A DNA stretch of 64,000 bases from the NCBI GenBank assembly GCA_964016885.1, contig OZ024751.1, positions 50,034,001-50,098,000 on the forward strand, read 5' to 3'. The notes below the pieces were generated by a model, which ran no database searches, was not told the origin of the DNA, and saw nothing but the letters and a program-made list of their open reading frames with translations. Position 1 is the first letter of the stretch; every line of letters starts with the position of its first letter. The position numbers and the translations under genes are program-made. This document shows, in pieces, positions 32,871 to 47,864 of the stretch. The DNA is from Eledone cirrhosa (lineage: Eukaryota).

Positions 32871-33668
32871 TCAGCTAGTGTTGGGTATGTAGTATAGGGT
32901 GTGTCTCTGGTGTTTGATGCTAGATGTGGTGTTAGGTTCCAGTCCGACATTGCTATATATAGGGCTTAAATTTTGGAAGGAATGTCTGAGGCGGTGCTGG
33001 CAAATTGCAAACACCTCAGATTTTTTGTTAAGTAGGTTACGGTTGGAGAAGATAATATTGTGTGTCTCTAATATACAGAGGTTACAGAATTTATTAGGTG
33101 GTTTGTACGAGGTCGCGCTGCCTATCACTTCCCATTTGAGTGTGTATGGTTTATTTTTAGATTTTAGATAGTGTATGTAGCTAGAAAGTGAGGTGGAGTT
33201 GGCTAGGCTGTGCTTTTTGAACGAGTGGATGTGCGAGTTATATCTGATTTTGAAGCAGTTAGAAGTGGAGCCTACATAGGTTTCTGAAGAGTTATTAGTC
33301 GTGACTGTGCATGAGTATACGACATCCTTGGTTAGGCATTTTTTATCTAAAGGGCAGGTTCTATTAGCTCTACAGTTACAATTATTCTGTGCGTTAGTCC
33401 GCTGGTTATAATGCAATGCGGAAGTCTGTGTGGTGGATATAGGATTTTGGGTGTTCGGGTTGCTAACCCTGGTGTTATTACTTATACTAGTGTTATTTCT
33501 ATTGTTACTGCCGTTGCTATTGTTGCTTGCTACAGTGGTATTTAGAGGGTCTGCATCCCGTTGTGATTTTGTTTGTTGGAAGTAAGAACTAATTTTACTA
33601 TTATTGCTGCTAGCTATGTGGTATGCTAAGTTAGGCGTCGTAGAGTATGAGATTTTAATGGTGTTTTT
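32871..33668 (-). pseudogene. C-terminal GIY-YIG endonuclease of a PLE (5'-truncated)
   Basis: CNC-x5-C-x5-C, VVY..YVGST, FKIRY..H, CNLCILE, LLNKKSE..CQH. Confidence 0.85.
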
Positions 33669-34382
33669 TACTTCCAACAAACAAAATCACAACGGGATGC
33701 AGACCCTCTAAATACCACTGTAGCAAGCAACAATAGCAACGGCAGTAACAATAGAAATAACACTAGTATAAGTAATAACACCAGGGTTGTCAACCCGAAC
33801 ACCCAAAATCCTATATCCACCACACAGACTTCCGCATTGCATTATAACCAGCGGACTAACGCACAGTATAATTGTAACTGTAGAGCTAATAGAACCTGCC
33901 CTTTAGATAAAAAATGCCTAACCAAGGATGTCGTATACTCATGCACAGTCACGACTAATAACTCTTCAGAAACCTATGTAGGCTCCACTTCTAACTGCTT
34001 CAAAATCAGATATAACTCGCACATCCACTCGTTCAAAAAGCACAGCCTAGCCAACTCCACCTCACTTTCTAGCTACATACACTATCTAAAATCTAAAAAT
34101 AAACCATACACACTCAAATGGGAAGTGATAGGCAGCGCGACCTCGTACAAACCACCTAATAAATTCTGTAACCTCTGTATATTAGAGACACACAATATTA
34201 TCTTCTCCAACCGTAACCGACTTAACAAAAAATCTGAGGTGTTTGCAACTTGCCAGCACCGCCTCAGACATTCCTTCCAAAATTTAAGCCCTATATATAG
34301 CAATGTCGGACTGGAACCTAACACCACATCTAGCATCAAACACCAGAGACACACCCTATACTACATACCCAACACTAGCTGA
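33669..34382 (+). pseudogene. C-terminal GIY-YIG endonuclease of a PLE, inverted copy
   Basis: Same motifs as the left arm, with a few substitutions. Confidence 0.85.
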
Positions 34383-35743
34383 TCCATTATAACACAAACA
34401 ACGACATCCCTCTGGAACCCTTCGCAGGGAAAATACCCATTTATACCTCTACGGCAGGTGTGACAACATCCACCCACTTGGACGGCACTACACCGCTCTA
34501 AGGGTAATTTGAGCATGAATTGATCGGTTGGATGGTGTTGGGCAGAGGAAACACCTTCCTTAGACAGATGTAAAATGATTTAATCGAGTAGCGCTGTTGA
34601 CCTGTAGGACCGGGCTGCTGAGCGCAGTGAGTGAATGCAATGCAACTGCCGTGCGGGTTGTACGTATATGGATGATCTGACGGTCAGAGAGGGGTCGCGA
34701 GGACTGCGGATTGACCTTTGGCCTGCCTGGGGACGATTACCTTTCGACATCCAATGTAGCAAGCGATGACCCAGATCTTACCAGAGATCATTGGGTCCTG
34801 AAGCAATCCTGCAATCACCGCGCCTGGTCATATGAGCAGACTACAACCACAGAGATCATTAATTTAGAATCCTCGCTCATCATCTATAATTTCCATTTGT
34901 AGCACCTTAAGATGGGTTAATCCACCTTAATAATAATATGATCACCTTCAGCATAATTTAGTTATACTACTCTATAGTTAGTACACTATATGCTTTAAAC
35001 GTCTCTCTTGGAAGGTGCACCTCACCATAGAATTTAGGGTCTATATTGGGACACATTTTAATGGCTAGATATAGAAACCCCAGAGTTACCTCCCCGCATG
35101 CATTAACTCCCCTTAGCCACACACACACTTCCGGTATTCAATGGCGTTTCTCGAAACGTAACAACCTCCTGTATCGAACTAAAGAACACCAGACTACGAT
35201 CTCTAACTGGATTGTCGTGGATTATGTGAAAGGCATATAATCGAAATATACACTCCCTTGACCATGAAAATGCCGAAGTACATGAATTACTTGACATCCC
35301 TGCGCTGCGCATCTCCAATACTTATAACACTTTTAATGCTTGCACTATCTTTAATGCTTATAATATTTCTCCACACACAGACTATATCAATCATATAAAG
35401 ACTTTGCCACCAGATCTACCAACCTAACACTCTTATTTACCTACCTAAGTGCCTCTACCACACATATCTCTCTGCCACACTATATAAACAAGACGCACAT
35501 GCGTGCCACACATATAACATTTGCACTATATAACCACTTATCTTCATGTTGTACTTTAACCTATATCCTTGATTTTTGATTGTACCTATTAATATAAATG
35601 TAATCTCAAAGTGTGTACTGCCACTCTAAATTCTGTAATGAATGTTGACCCTCAATGTTTGAATATGTATCAATGTTTGAATATGTATTGGTATGTCTCT
35701 CGACTGAAAAGGAGGTCATATAACTGTCCATGCATTAATAAAT

Positions 35744-35790
35744 TGCTCCGAAGAATCCAAACCTCGGTTTGGAGGAAACAGCTGTAAGCA
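35744..35790 (+). ncRNA. Minimal hammerhead, CCGAAGA core variant
   Basis: tgct-CCGAAGA-a tccaaacc/ggtttgga g-GAAA-cagctg-TA-agca; palindromic stem III; GUA triplet. Confidence 0.65.
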
Positions 35791-35825
35791 CAATAATGTT
35801 TTGAACAGTTCTTTGATTCTTATAT

Positions 35826-36618
<793 letters not shown>

Positions 36619-36660
36619 AGAGAGAACAAAGAGCGTTTTATACATCAATCAATTCTTATT

Positions 36661-36707
36661 CGCTGACAGTGTTTCATCCATACCATGGGGCAGGACTCAT
36701 CAGAGCG
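36661..36707 (-). ncRNA. Minimal type I hammerhead ribozyme
   Basis: cgct-CTGATGA-gtcc..ggat-GAAA-cact-GTC-agcg; 45 bp from (TA)n. Confidence 0.78.
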
Positions 36708-36954
36708 TTGAAAACAAAAATACAATAATGAAGATAAGCTCTACAGACCTACATCATAAGAACAATAGATATATGGTACAGGATCATAGGATAATAGTGA
36801 GAATGGAGATGATACATAATAAGGTTGTTAGTCAGAGTAATGAAAAATAAGGAAAGATAAGGAAAAATAAAATAAACTGAAGTAATCACACAAGAGATAG
36901 ATGCGTGTGAAGGAATCAGTCAAGGCGATAAAGAAAAAAGAAAGAATACTAAAA

Positions 36955-37282
36955 AGCAATAATAATTAAAAAATAAATTAAAAATAAAAAAATAAAAAAT
37001 AAAAAATAAAAATAAAAAAATAATAATAATTAATTAAACAATAATTAAAAAATTTAAAAATTAAAAAAAATTTAAAAATAAAAAATGATTAAAAAATAAT
37101 TAAAAAGATATTAAAAAATATATATATTAAAAAATATATATATTAAAAAATAATAATTAAAAATAATTAAAAATAATTAAAATATTAAAAATTAAAAAAA
37201 TTAAAAAATTGAAATTAAAAACTAATTAAAAAAATAATTTAAAAAAATAATTAAAAAATATATATTTAACAAAATAATTAAC
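36955..37282. repeat. A/T-only low-complexity tract (aaaaat/aattaa)
   Basis: Read directly from the sequence. Confidence 0.85.
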
Positions 37283-38810
37283 AAGAGAGAGGAGAAGGCA
37301 TGGATGCCTATGAGGGCACACAAACACAAGGAGAGGAAGCATACATCGGTTACAGTCGAATAGATATAGGCCAGATGATTTCCCATAACAAAGAGTCTTA
37401 TGTCCTATAGTTTCACAGGGTGAGCCACAGTGCACTCGAATATTACAGTTGTCAAGTAGGGATATCCAGCAGATAAATTACAATAGGACTAGGCATCAAC
37501 TGGGGTGTCATAGAGGAGTGCCATGTAACTCTTAAAGTATGGTAATAAGGTTCAGAGGGGATTTAGTATTCTCCAAATTCAGCACGGTTAGGGTAACCAT
37601 AAGATAGTGGAGCTGTGCGGATAAGAGGCGTTAGTCTTGCATAAGGATGGGTACAGCACAGGCAGAAGCAGGAACACAAGCAAAGCAGGGTAAGTGTACA
37701 GAAGAAGCTGAAGCAGTCAATTCACAACGAAAAATTCATAACAGACTGTTCATACATGGTTTAAACAAAGTTTGAGGCATATCCGGCAAGGGGAACAAAA
37801 AACATATATATATCGTCAGTAGATGGTAACTCACGAAATTTCACAACATATATACACACATGTGTATATATATATATCCTTCATAGATGGTATTCCAGTC
37901 CTCCTATTCATACATCCACATGTACGTATCATAACGTATGGTACTATATGTTATGAGCCGGTGTACAAATCGAAATCCTCATATAAGTAGTGCTCCAGAT
38001 TGCGGTATTATACTATTCACAATATATATATATATGTATGCATGTTTGTGTTCATACAAATATATATAATATATATATATATGCCATGCATTACAGCTTA
38101 AACAGTTTCGAGTGTCAATATAAAGCATCCAACGTAGCTTCCATCACTTTCACATTCCTAAACTCTATGTGAAGAAATGTTATATCATTCTGTGCTAACT
38201 CAATCTTGATTGTTATAAGGTAAGTATTTTAAACTCGGACATATGATCTTGTCTTATACTCAGTGTGAACTCCCAACCTCTAATGTAGGTTGCCAGTGTT
38301 CAAACCGTCATTATCATTTATATTACATTCAACATATCTTTTCCTCTATATTTTGTAGACGTTTTTCATTATTATTGATACTATATTAATTGGTGGGGAC
38401 GGGGGGGGGGGGGGGGGAGCTGTTAGTATTCAATTTTATTTGTTGTTATTATTGTTGCTTACAACCTCGAGGTTGGTTGACAGCTACGAAGTCGATTGAC
38501 AACCTCGAGGCTCTGGCATCATTTCCCTTCCCCTTCACTGATATGCTGTTGTAATAGTCAATTCACGTAACTTCAATACGCGTAACTTCCAGAGAAAAGT
38601 ATATTTGAAGTTAGCCCAAGGACAATATAGGAAATGCGTTGCTACAAGTAAGTCAGTGGTATCAGCCGCATATATCATTGCACCTCACGAAACATAACCT
38701 CCAATATGCTATTACACTCAAGTGTCTTTAATATTTCCATTTGATAACATTCATTGTTGTTTCAATATATCTCAGGAATATACAAATTAATGTAGTCACA
38801 ATTTAATTTC

Positions 38811-39010
38811 NNNNNNNNNNNNNNNNNNNNNNNNNNNNNNNNNNNNNNNNNNNNNNNNNNNNNNNNNNNNNNNNNNNNNNNNNNNNNNNNNNNNNNNNNN
38901 NNNNNNNNNNNNNNNNNNNNNNNNNNNNNNNNNNNNNNNNNNNNNNNNNNNNNNNNNNNNNNNNNNNNNNNNNNNNNNNNNNNNNNNNNNNNNNNNNNNN
39001 NNNNNNNNNN
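38811..39010. other. Assembly gap (200 N)
   Basis: N run. Confidence 1.
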
Positions 39011-39044
39011 GCCAAAAGTAGAATCAATTATATAGGCACATGAG

Positions 39045-39259
39045 GGCGGGGGATTGGCAGTATCGGTAGAGGGTCGGACGCCATGCTCTGCAGCATAGAA
39101 TTACGGCCCTTTATGATCTGAGTTCAAATCCCGCCGAGGTCAATTTGCCATTCATCCTTTCGGGGTCGATAAAATAAAGTACCAGTCACGCACTGAGGTC
39201 GATTTATCGACTTTCCCCTCCCCAAAATGACTGGCTTTGTGCCTACATAAGAAACCATC
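39045..39259 (+). mobile_element. tRNA-derived SINE (Meta-type domain), longer variant
   Basis: Box A and B, core domain; TSD atataggcacat. Confidence 0.85.
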
Positions 39260-40151
39260 ATATAGGCACATATATGTAGTGAGCCGGCTATTGATCTGTT
39301 GGAAACATTCATCGAACATTCATAATTTGCGATATATTTTACTTTGCAGTATGTCGTAAATTGATAAAGAATAAAATAAGTACGTCAGTGAGAAACCTTC
39401 TCAGTAAATACAATCATAGTTTTATGTACATGTGAAAACTGCTTAGATACTCGTAACAGGAAGTTTATAAATACCTAATAAAATAACACCGCTGAAAACA
39501 AACCCCATTAAACCGAAGGACAATGATTTATATCATTTGGAATTAACATTAGAACCATAGTTGTTGGAGTCGTTTATGTATTTCAATTTATTGCGATATG
39601 TTAAGAAAACAAAAATGGACAAATAGCTACGTCAAAGCTGCGTTGCAATTATTAATGCAAGGACTGCATGTCTGGAACATTTTTAATCAAAGCTTTGAAA
39701 GAAAGTAATAAAAAGTGATGGAAAAAAGAAAAAACAATTTATTATACGAAAATAACCATATAAAAAAATATAAAGTTTAAAAGGAAGCCAAGAGTAAAAA
39801 AAAAAATAATAATTTAAATGAAGGAAAAAATATTGAAAATATTTTTATAGATTTATAGTTATATATATATATTGTTTTTAAATGTTATGAATACTGGTGA
39901 CGCCTGTCCTGAAAGCAATGTAAAAAATAAGAAACTAGCAACACAACAGCAACAGTAGAAGAGTAGATTACTTACTGCAAAAACAACAACAACAACTACA
40001 ATAACAGCGAAGGTACAATACCTACTCAACAACAACAACAACAGCAGCAGCAGCAAAGGTAAAATAACTACTAACAACAACAACAACAGCAGCAGCAGTA
40101 GTAGAACACCTACAGCAATAACAACAACGGCAGAAGCAGTAAAATATGTAA

Positions 40152-40343
40152 TATTTGTTTCTACTTTAGGCACAAGGCCTGCAATATCCCCAGTGATATT
40201 ACTGGTACTTTATTTTATCGGCCCCTTAAGGGTGAAAGGCAAAGTTAAACTCGGTGCGATATGAACTCAGACTGTAAAGGGCCATAACTCTGTGCTGCAA
40301 AGCATGGCGTCCGACCCTCCACCGTTACTGCCAATCCACTGCT
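40152..40343 (-). mobile_element. tRNA-derived SINE
   Basis: Same family as 20377. Confidence 0.8.
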
Positions 40344-40355
40344 ACTTGTAATAAT

Positions 40356-40546
40356 TGTTTCTACTTTTTGGCACAAGGCCAGCAATTATTCCAGTGTATT
40401 ACTGGTACTTTATTTTATCGACCCCGTAAGGATGAAAGTCAAAGTTAACCTCGGCGGGATTTGAACTCAGTCCGTAAAGGGACGTAACTGTGCTGCAAAG
40501 CATGGCGTCGACCCTCTACCGCTACCGATACTACCAATCCACCGCC
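40356..40546 (-). mobile_element. tRNA-derived SINE, tandem with the previous copy
   Basis: TSD acttgtaataat. Confidence 0.85.
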
Positions 40547-41050
40547 ACTTGTAATAATGTGTTAATTTTAGCCCAATAAAACAGCAGTTGTGAAGTGATA
40601 TAGTCGTTACAGTTATCAACTGCACGAGAGCTGAACTTCATTTATCGATCTCGAAAGAATGAACAGCAAAGTTAACCATGGTTGGGTTTCAACTGAGAAC
40701 GTAAATGTAAGTAACGAAAGTAGTTTATAAAGTGCCACCCAAGATCATTAATATTTATCACTTGAATCAGCATAAATCCACATATTTTTGGAGAAGCTGC
40801 ATCTTAGGTTTCTTAAACGGGTTTGAACAATCCACATGAAGCCGTCCTAGGTTTATCTTTACTCTAGGAAACGCATGTTCCTCATAACTATCACAGCTGA
40901 ATTTTCTATAACACATATTCTTAGTAATATTCGAGATCAGCTGGATTCTGATCTGGAGACGTTTGCTTCACAACAGTATGATTTCGTATTCATTTCAGAG
41001 TATATTGGTCAAGTTTCTGATGCCACAGCATCGTGTTCACAAGTCTTTGA

Positions 41051-41130
41051 TGAGGATTTTGATCTGAGCCTTTTGAGTGAAGATTTTCAACTGAGCCTTT
41101 TGAGTGAGGATTTTGATCTGAGCCTTTCAG
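41051..41130. repeat. 27-bp minisatellite, 3 units
   Basis: tgaggattttgatctgagccttttgag. Confidence 0.8.
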
Positions 41131-42443
41131 TATACAACACGGGTTCAGTGAGCCATGCATTATGATAAAAGTGATAGACCACATAGCTGCACTAGCGAAC
41201 TTCTTAACCACATGATATTTCTGGTCCACGAATAGATATATCTAGAAAAATTCTTCTTCCTCTGTTTCCACTACCCGGTTGTTCCCCATACAGTATCATA
41301 TCAATTTGACGTGCATTCAATAGAATACATTTTCTTGCTGACAAGTGAAGCATTCAGAAAGTAAATGAATATTATTTTACATAACCTTACTATCGATTGT
41401 GAATGCGAAGAGTACGATAGTAGACTCCAGTGAATACACTCACGCGTATACAAACATATATAATATATATGTTTATGTATATGCTTATATATATGTGTGT
41501 GTGTGTGTGTGTATGCATATATGATAATGGTGGGTAGCAATTTGCGCTACGTCATGGTAAGAAGCAACTCAGAGTGTGCTATCTATAAATACAGCCGAAT
41601 GATGAATAATTCATGGCAATAACCTTGCCATAAACAACTATTGATTACAGCAGTTTGTATGTAACTTCTTCTCATCTATAGTTCACCTTCACTTGACTTC
41701 CTTTGCTGTTGAAGCAATTGATAGCACATTGTTACTCCTTTAAAAATTCTTAAACGATGGAACTCCGTCGCTACCGATGACACGTGAGACGGTTCTCTGA
41801 CCAATGGAACATCCGGTCATAAAATTTAAGTGCAGGTTACTGACCATTCCATAGGCACGTTCACCCTTGATGTTCCCAGAGAGATTCAATGTGTACTTTG
41901 TATTGCAGGTTCAACACATGTTTGCAAACTGAACAATAACGAATTAAAATGTCTTGCACAAAATATATAGATATACCCCCTAGCGGCAATTATTAGCGAC
42001 GCTCAAAATCAGAGGATATAATTGGAAGAAATTAATGATTAATTTAAGAGGAATTTATAATCATTTTTTTTTTTTTTTTTTTTTTTTGCCGAGAGAAAAG
42101 AATCTCATTTTCCATGAGAGTAGCTAATTGATGCGAGATTAAGTTTTTTTCTTCAATTGACAGACATTTCAATTCATTACACACGTTTCCTAAGTTATCT
42201 AAAGTCATGCCATAGGCTTATTTCTTTTAGTTCACGTTATGAAAATTACTTCTAGCTAATATTATTCGTAACGCTCCTTGTAAAATATGTTATCAAAACC
42301 GAGCAGACATGAGATGACTATGTCTCCAGTTTTGAAGAGTGCACTTACTCAAGAACCTTCTGGCTTTCATATCCCTCTGCCCGTTGACAAGTTCACACCT
42401 ATATTCTTGTGGAGCAAGGAAGAGGGTGTTGAGAGTGTCTGTG

Positions 42444-42535
42444 TAGGGTTAGGGTTAGGATTATGTTTAGGTTAGTGTTAAGGTTAGGGTTAGGGTTTGG
42501 GTTAGTGTTATGTTTACGGTTAGGGTTAGGGTTAG
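42444..42535 (+). repeat. Degenerate interstitial (TTAGGG)n
   Basis: About 15 hexamers, several exact TTAGGG. Confidence 0.75.
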
Positions 42536-42586
42536 ATAGATATATAGATAGACAGATAGACAGAGAAATATATAGATAGATAGATA

Positions 42587-43535
42587 AATTTCTTTATTAG
42601 CCACAAGGGCACAAAAGAAGGGGAGTTTACATACAGGTATATGAAAATAAAACTATTAATAAAATAACAAGTAACAATTGAAATCCCCAATAGGAGGAGG
42701 CGTTACACAGGGGTTATACACACCCCGAAAAAATGTACAACCCTCATCTTCAGGAGCACCAAGAGTACTCCCCGCCTCTCTTTCTCTTTTTCCTCAACCT
42801 ACAGGCTTATATAGAGAGAAGGCCCAACCACTCGGGCCATCTTTGCCACATTCACCCACCTTTTATAAAATTTGCTGGGGTACAGCACCTCTCTCTCCAT
42901 CCTGAATCAGTTGTTCGCCGGAGAGAAAGGTGTCTGACCTCAGCCCTTTTAACCTCGTCCACCATATAACCTCTTTCACCATAGCCATAACACATAGGAA
43001 AACCGCCTCTCTTTCGTTTTTGAAGGAGGGTAGCGGTTTGATCATGCCAATGGACTCGGTGGTCAACTGGATTGGTCCCACCCACGACAATAGTCGTTCT
43101 ACATAGCTCCACTGGTCGGTAATGCCCGGGCAGTGTACAAATGCGTGCGCGACGGTTTCCTCGTCGCGCACGCATCACGGACAGATCTTTTTCAAAGGGT
43201 CCCTGCCCAGGCGCCCGTGTCTGTAGAGCTTGTCTCGAACTGGTAGAGCTCCTCGGTAGCACTGCCAGACCAGGGACTTTTGGAAGTTGTCCATCGGTGC
43301 CGGGCCGAAGGTTCTACCGAACAGACAGGCCAGTTCGTCTTCCTGTACGCCTAGAGTTTCTCCGAGCGCGTCGTCGCACGTGCTGCGGTCCAACCCTCTA
43401 TAGAATGACGAAGTGGAGTCTCCACTGATCGCCGGGTCCGCCTGCCAGAGGGCTGTGAGCGCCTGAGCACATTCGATGTGCCAGTCGCCCATTTTCCTCG
43501 GTCTTTGCTTGACCCAGGACTGCAGCTCGGTCAGC
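42587..43535 (-). mobile_element. 5'-truncated Tx1 sibling family (ORF2 C-terminus + 3' UTR) in (TATC)n
   Basis: FGRTFGPAPMDNFQKSLVWQCYRGALPVRDKLYRHG, ETVAHAFVHC; ends gctaataaagaaatt + (TATC)n. Confidence 0.9.
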
Positions 43536-43599
<64 letters not shown>

Positions 43600-43602
<3 letters not shown>

Positions 43603-43853
43603 TTCTTTATTAACCACAAGGGCGCAACAAGAAAGGGGACAATACAAAGACATGCCGGGGATTTTACATACAGTCGTGTAAAAAATATAAAAACAAACAA
43701 TTTCAACAATCGAAATCCCCAATAGGGGGGAGGCGCCACAAATGGGTTGTTTAATACCCCGTCGATAGAACAACCCTCAACTCGAGGAGCGTGTTGTGCA
43801 AGTGCTCCTTTCTTCCTTTTGCTCTCTTCCTCAACCTACAGGCTTATAAACAG
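43600..43853 (-). mobile_element. 3' UTR-only copy of the (TATC)n Tx1 sibling family
   Basis: ctcccccctattgggga and cccttgtggttaataaagaaatc; (TATC)n on both sides. Confidence 0.85.
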
Positions 43854-43906
<53 letters not shown>

Positions 43907-44284
43907 TCGTAGCTTGCATTACGTCAACTACAATTACGTAGGCTAGAAAAAAAAAAGCGAGGTGAATAGTTAGTTGTTTTTTTTTTCTCTTATAATTAAT
44001 TTTATTTTTTCTCTACTGAACATCGTTAAATGTCCAGTCAAAACAATCTATATTTAATGAAATTGCAGTACATTTTATTGCATAAATTATCCAATAAATT
44101 GACCTGTTAGTCTGATGACATTGGTGGCAATCTAGTTAGTATCTAAGAGATGTCAGTCTTGTGGAATCATCCACGTATACACACACACAAACACACACAA
44201 GCACACACGAATAAGCACACACAAACACACGAAATATATATTTTTTTCCTCCATCTCTCTGTTTCTCGCTATCTATCTGCTTAA

Positions 44285-44363
<79 letters not shown>

Positions 44364-46790
44364 GTACGCACGCACGCACACGCACACATTTATAGTTTTA
44401 TGTCTAGAAAGAATGTATCTGGTCCGCAAATTTGATGAAACAGTCAGTAGATATTAAGGAGGCGATGGTTACTCCCTGTATTACTCGCAACAACTCTAAC
44501 GAAATCTATTTGAAAGTTAGTATGCTGTGGATATGTACATGTCGTGCTGGCAAAAGGAGGAATGGTTAAATAGTTCGCTTTGCAACCTTGGTGCCATCCT
44601 ACTCCGTGACATCTTTAGAAAGTGTGAGTTATCATAGCCACGAGATTTATCATAGTCTGTGAGTAAAATTTGGTGGATGGCAACTGTTTGGAAGCCCGTC
44701 GGAGGAACTGTAACTCTAATTAAAAGGTCTTATCAAACACAGTTCTGCAAATTGACAATGGAAAGGCACTCCTGCTCGAGTTAGAAGAGAACTATTGACC
44801 TTCAGGAGAAGAAACCAACCCTGATTGTATTCAGCAACCGAAACAAATATGAAGTACACCAAATCCAATGCTCCTAGGGGCAGACCTGGTTCTTCTTATT
44901 TGCGAGTGTAAACTCGGCCAGATTAGATTAGATTACTTTTACACTGAATCTCACTCCGAGTAACGTTAAGAGTACATGTTTCTATGGAATGCTCAGACAC
45001 TTACACGTTAATTTCAGGAGTAGTTTGTTCCATTCATTGAACAACTCAATTACTTATCAACGAAACTGATGTACAGAGCCTCCAAGAGAAATGTTGCAAG
45101 GTGGTACAAGACCACTTTGGGGTCCGAAGCAGGTAAAGAATTTTCTCTGGTTGTTGCATGGTTACTGTGGGGCCTTCTTAGCTCTTGGGCTCCGGAACAA
45201 AGTACCCACTGGACCTCTCCCCCTCTAATAGACCATACCATCGTAGGTCCATTCCATTGTATACTGTAGTTTCTCTTTAGTCCCAGGCAAGAAACGTGTT
45301 GAACACATGAATATCTGAGAAATCTATAACTACATCACACCTGTTTCGTCTCACTTAGAATGTTGTTTAGACATTTTGTTAAAAATTAGTAAATTCAAAT
45401 TAGTAAATTTCATGAACGCCAAGAAATACGTTTGCTACGGGAGTGATGAAGGGTGTAAACTTATAAACTCACAGTTTTTGACGTGGATCAAAGCCACGTC
45501 CTTTTTTATCAGGAGACAAGCTAACCACTAGGACATGTGGCTATATAAACGCTGTGGATTCAATTTCTTTCGATATTGTCCTTCCTTTAGAAACGTGTTG
45601 CCTTCTTCCAATCCGTTCATCACCATTAATTTAATTCTCACTCATTCAAACAGCCAACTTGAAAAACCACGCCAGACAAATTGCTTTAGGCAGTGTATAG
45701 CGTTTTAGTGGTGTCGTTTCTGTGTTGTTTTGTTGTTGTTGTTGTTTTTTGGGGGGAGGGGGTTCTTTCTTTCTGTTGTTTTGTTTTGATTTATTTTATA
45801 GAATAACCGATGCTCTACTGATTCTGACAATCAATTATTCTCGGGTTTGACATAACAAATACTAGAGATACATGTAATAAGGGCGGTTTCTCTCGATTGT
45901 GTCCTTCGTTCAGTGACGTGATGCCATTTTCCAATGTGTAAATCTCCATTAATTCCCATTCTCTAAACAGACAACTTGAAAAACATGGCAGATGTTTGGC
46001 TGTAGGCGGTGTGTGGCGTTTTATTGTTGTTGTTGTCTTTGTTTTAGATTTGTTTTTGACGTTTATATGAAATAAACAACAAAAGCAACAGACATTTTTA
46101 TTTTTGATTCGACATTTTTGTGCTACTTTGCTTTAACAAATCTACAACAAATTCAACATATACCGAGTTGTTTGTTGTATTTTACACACAATCAGTAATT
46201 TAATTTTTCAACATCATTTGTTCCTATGTCTAACTTTACTGATATTTTTAATAGGAAATAGGTTGCCCTTTTTTAACGTAATCAGTTTATAGCACGCAAA
46301 ATATTGGCTTCAATTTTCAGCAAACATTCGTGATCAGGAATGCTTCTATTCTGTATCATATTTACATTATCACATAAAATAAAATAAAATGAAAATAAAG
46401 AAAATTAAGTAAACATACACACACATATGTTCATACTATTGTTACAATATTTGCGTCATGTAATTTATTAGTATTCACGCAAACAAATATCTGTGTATTA
46501 AATTATATATCGACGTTAGTTTTTAAAATAACGATATTTTGCAGTTGTTCACTTGATGGTTTTTTTATGTGTTTATGTGGGCATATTTTATATATTTTTT
46601 AATTGTTTTTATTTTTATTTCTATTTTTATTTATTACCACTACTTCTATGTTTGTAATTTGTTACCAAGCTATTGTAATTGCTGAAAGATTCATGTTTAA
46701 ATATCAGACCTTAAAACGAATTAACAAAGCATGTATTCCGTGAATTACTGACATGAAGACACAGTATTTCTAATTACTTGATGTAATAAT

Positions 46791-46973
46791 TGTCTCTACT
46801 TTAGGCACAAGGCCAGCAATTATCCAGTGCATTACTGGTACTTTATTTTATTGACCCCGTAAGGATGAAAGGCAAAGTCAACCTCGACAGGATTTGAACT
46901 CAGATCGTAAAGGGACGTAACTATGCTGGGAAGCATGGCGTCCGACCCTCTACTGATACTGCCAATCCACCGC
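46791..46973 (-). mobile_element. tRNA-derived SINE
   Basis: Box A and B, core; TSD ttgatgtaataat. Confidence 0.85.
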
Positions 46974-47572
46974 CCTTTGATGTAATAATACGAAGGAAAA
47001 TAGTTGTATTACATAAATAATTCAGGATTTACTTCAGTTTTATTTGTATTACCCAAACTGTTACATATTACGGTAGGAGATTGTTTTTATTTATTTATTT
47101 AATTAAGTTAAACATCTATGTAGAGTTGGTAACATTTGGCAGACAGGGAAAGATATCTAATGTCCCTTATAATTAAAAATTTCAACCCAAGAGATAGTGA
47201 GAAATGGATATATATAAAAACAGAGGGAGAAAGGAGAGAATGGGAGAGAAAGAGGAATAGAGAGAAAAGCTAAACGAAATAAACGAAAGAAAAATGAACA
47301 AAGGTGAAAAAATAAGTCAGAGCAATAAAGCTGTTAAATATTTCTGTTGTTGAATCTTTTTGTTGCCTCACTATACCGGAAGATTTTGTTTACGGTTGAC
47401 ATTCTGCTGGGTTTTTTCAAGATCAATTTTAAAATGTCTTATCTCGCAGTGTCGTTCTTTTTACATTGGAACAATTAAATTGCCGCCTTCAGTATATAAA
47501 TCTCACTATATCTCTCTATCACTCTTTCTCTATCTCTCCATCTATATGTATATCTATCTATCTCTCTATCTA

Positions 47573-47626
<54 letters not shown>

Positions 47627-47665
47627 ACACACTCATACACACGCTCATAAATAGACATTAATGTA

Positions 47666-47728
<63 letters not shown>

Positions 47729-47820
47729 ATGTCTGATATGTGTTTGTTTCTACTTAGACTCACTCACCTAGTCTCCTCGCAACCGCTGCTCTCTCTCCGT
47801 AGAAACACACAAAAAACAAG

Positions 47821-47864
<44 letters not shown>

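Noticed and set aside
41051-41130. CRISPR-like repeat
   Set aside because: Units are contiguous with no spacers, and the context is eukaryotic.
44112-44140. CTGATGA hammerhead core
   Set aside because: No GAAA or closing stems.
45575-46075. Old ~320 bp direct duplication
   Set aside because: Real but degenerate; no coding or structural signal.
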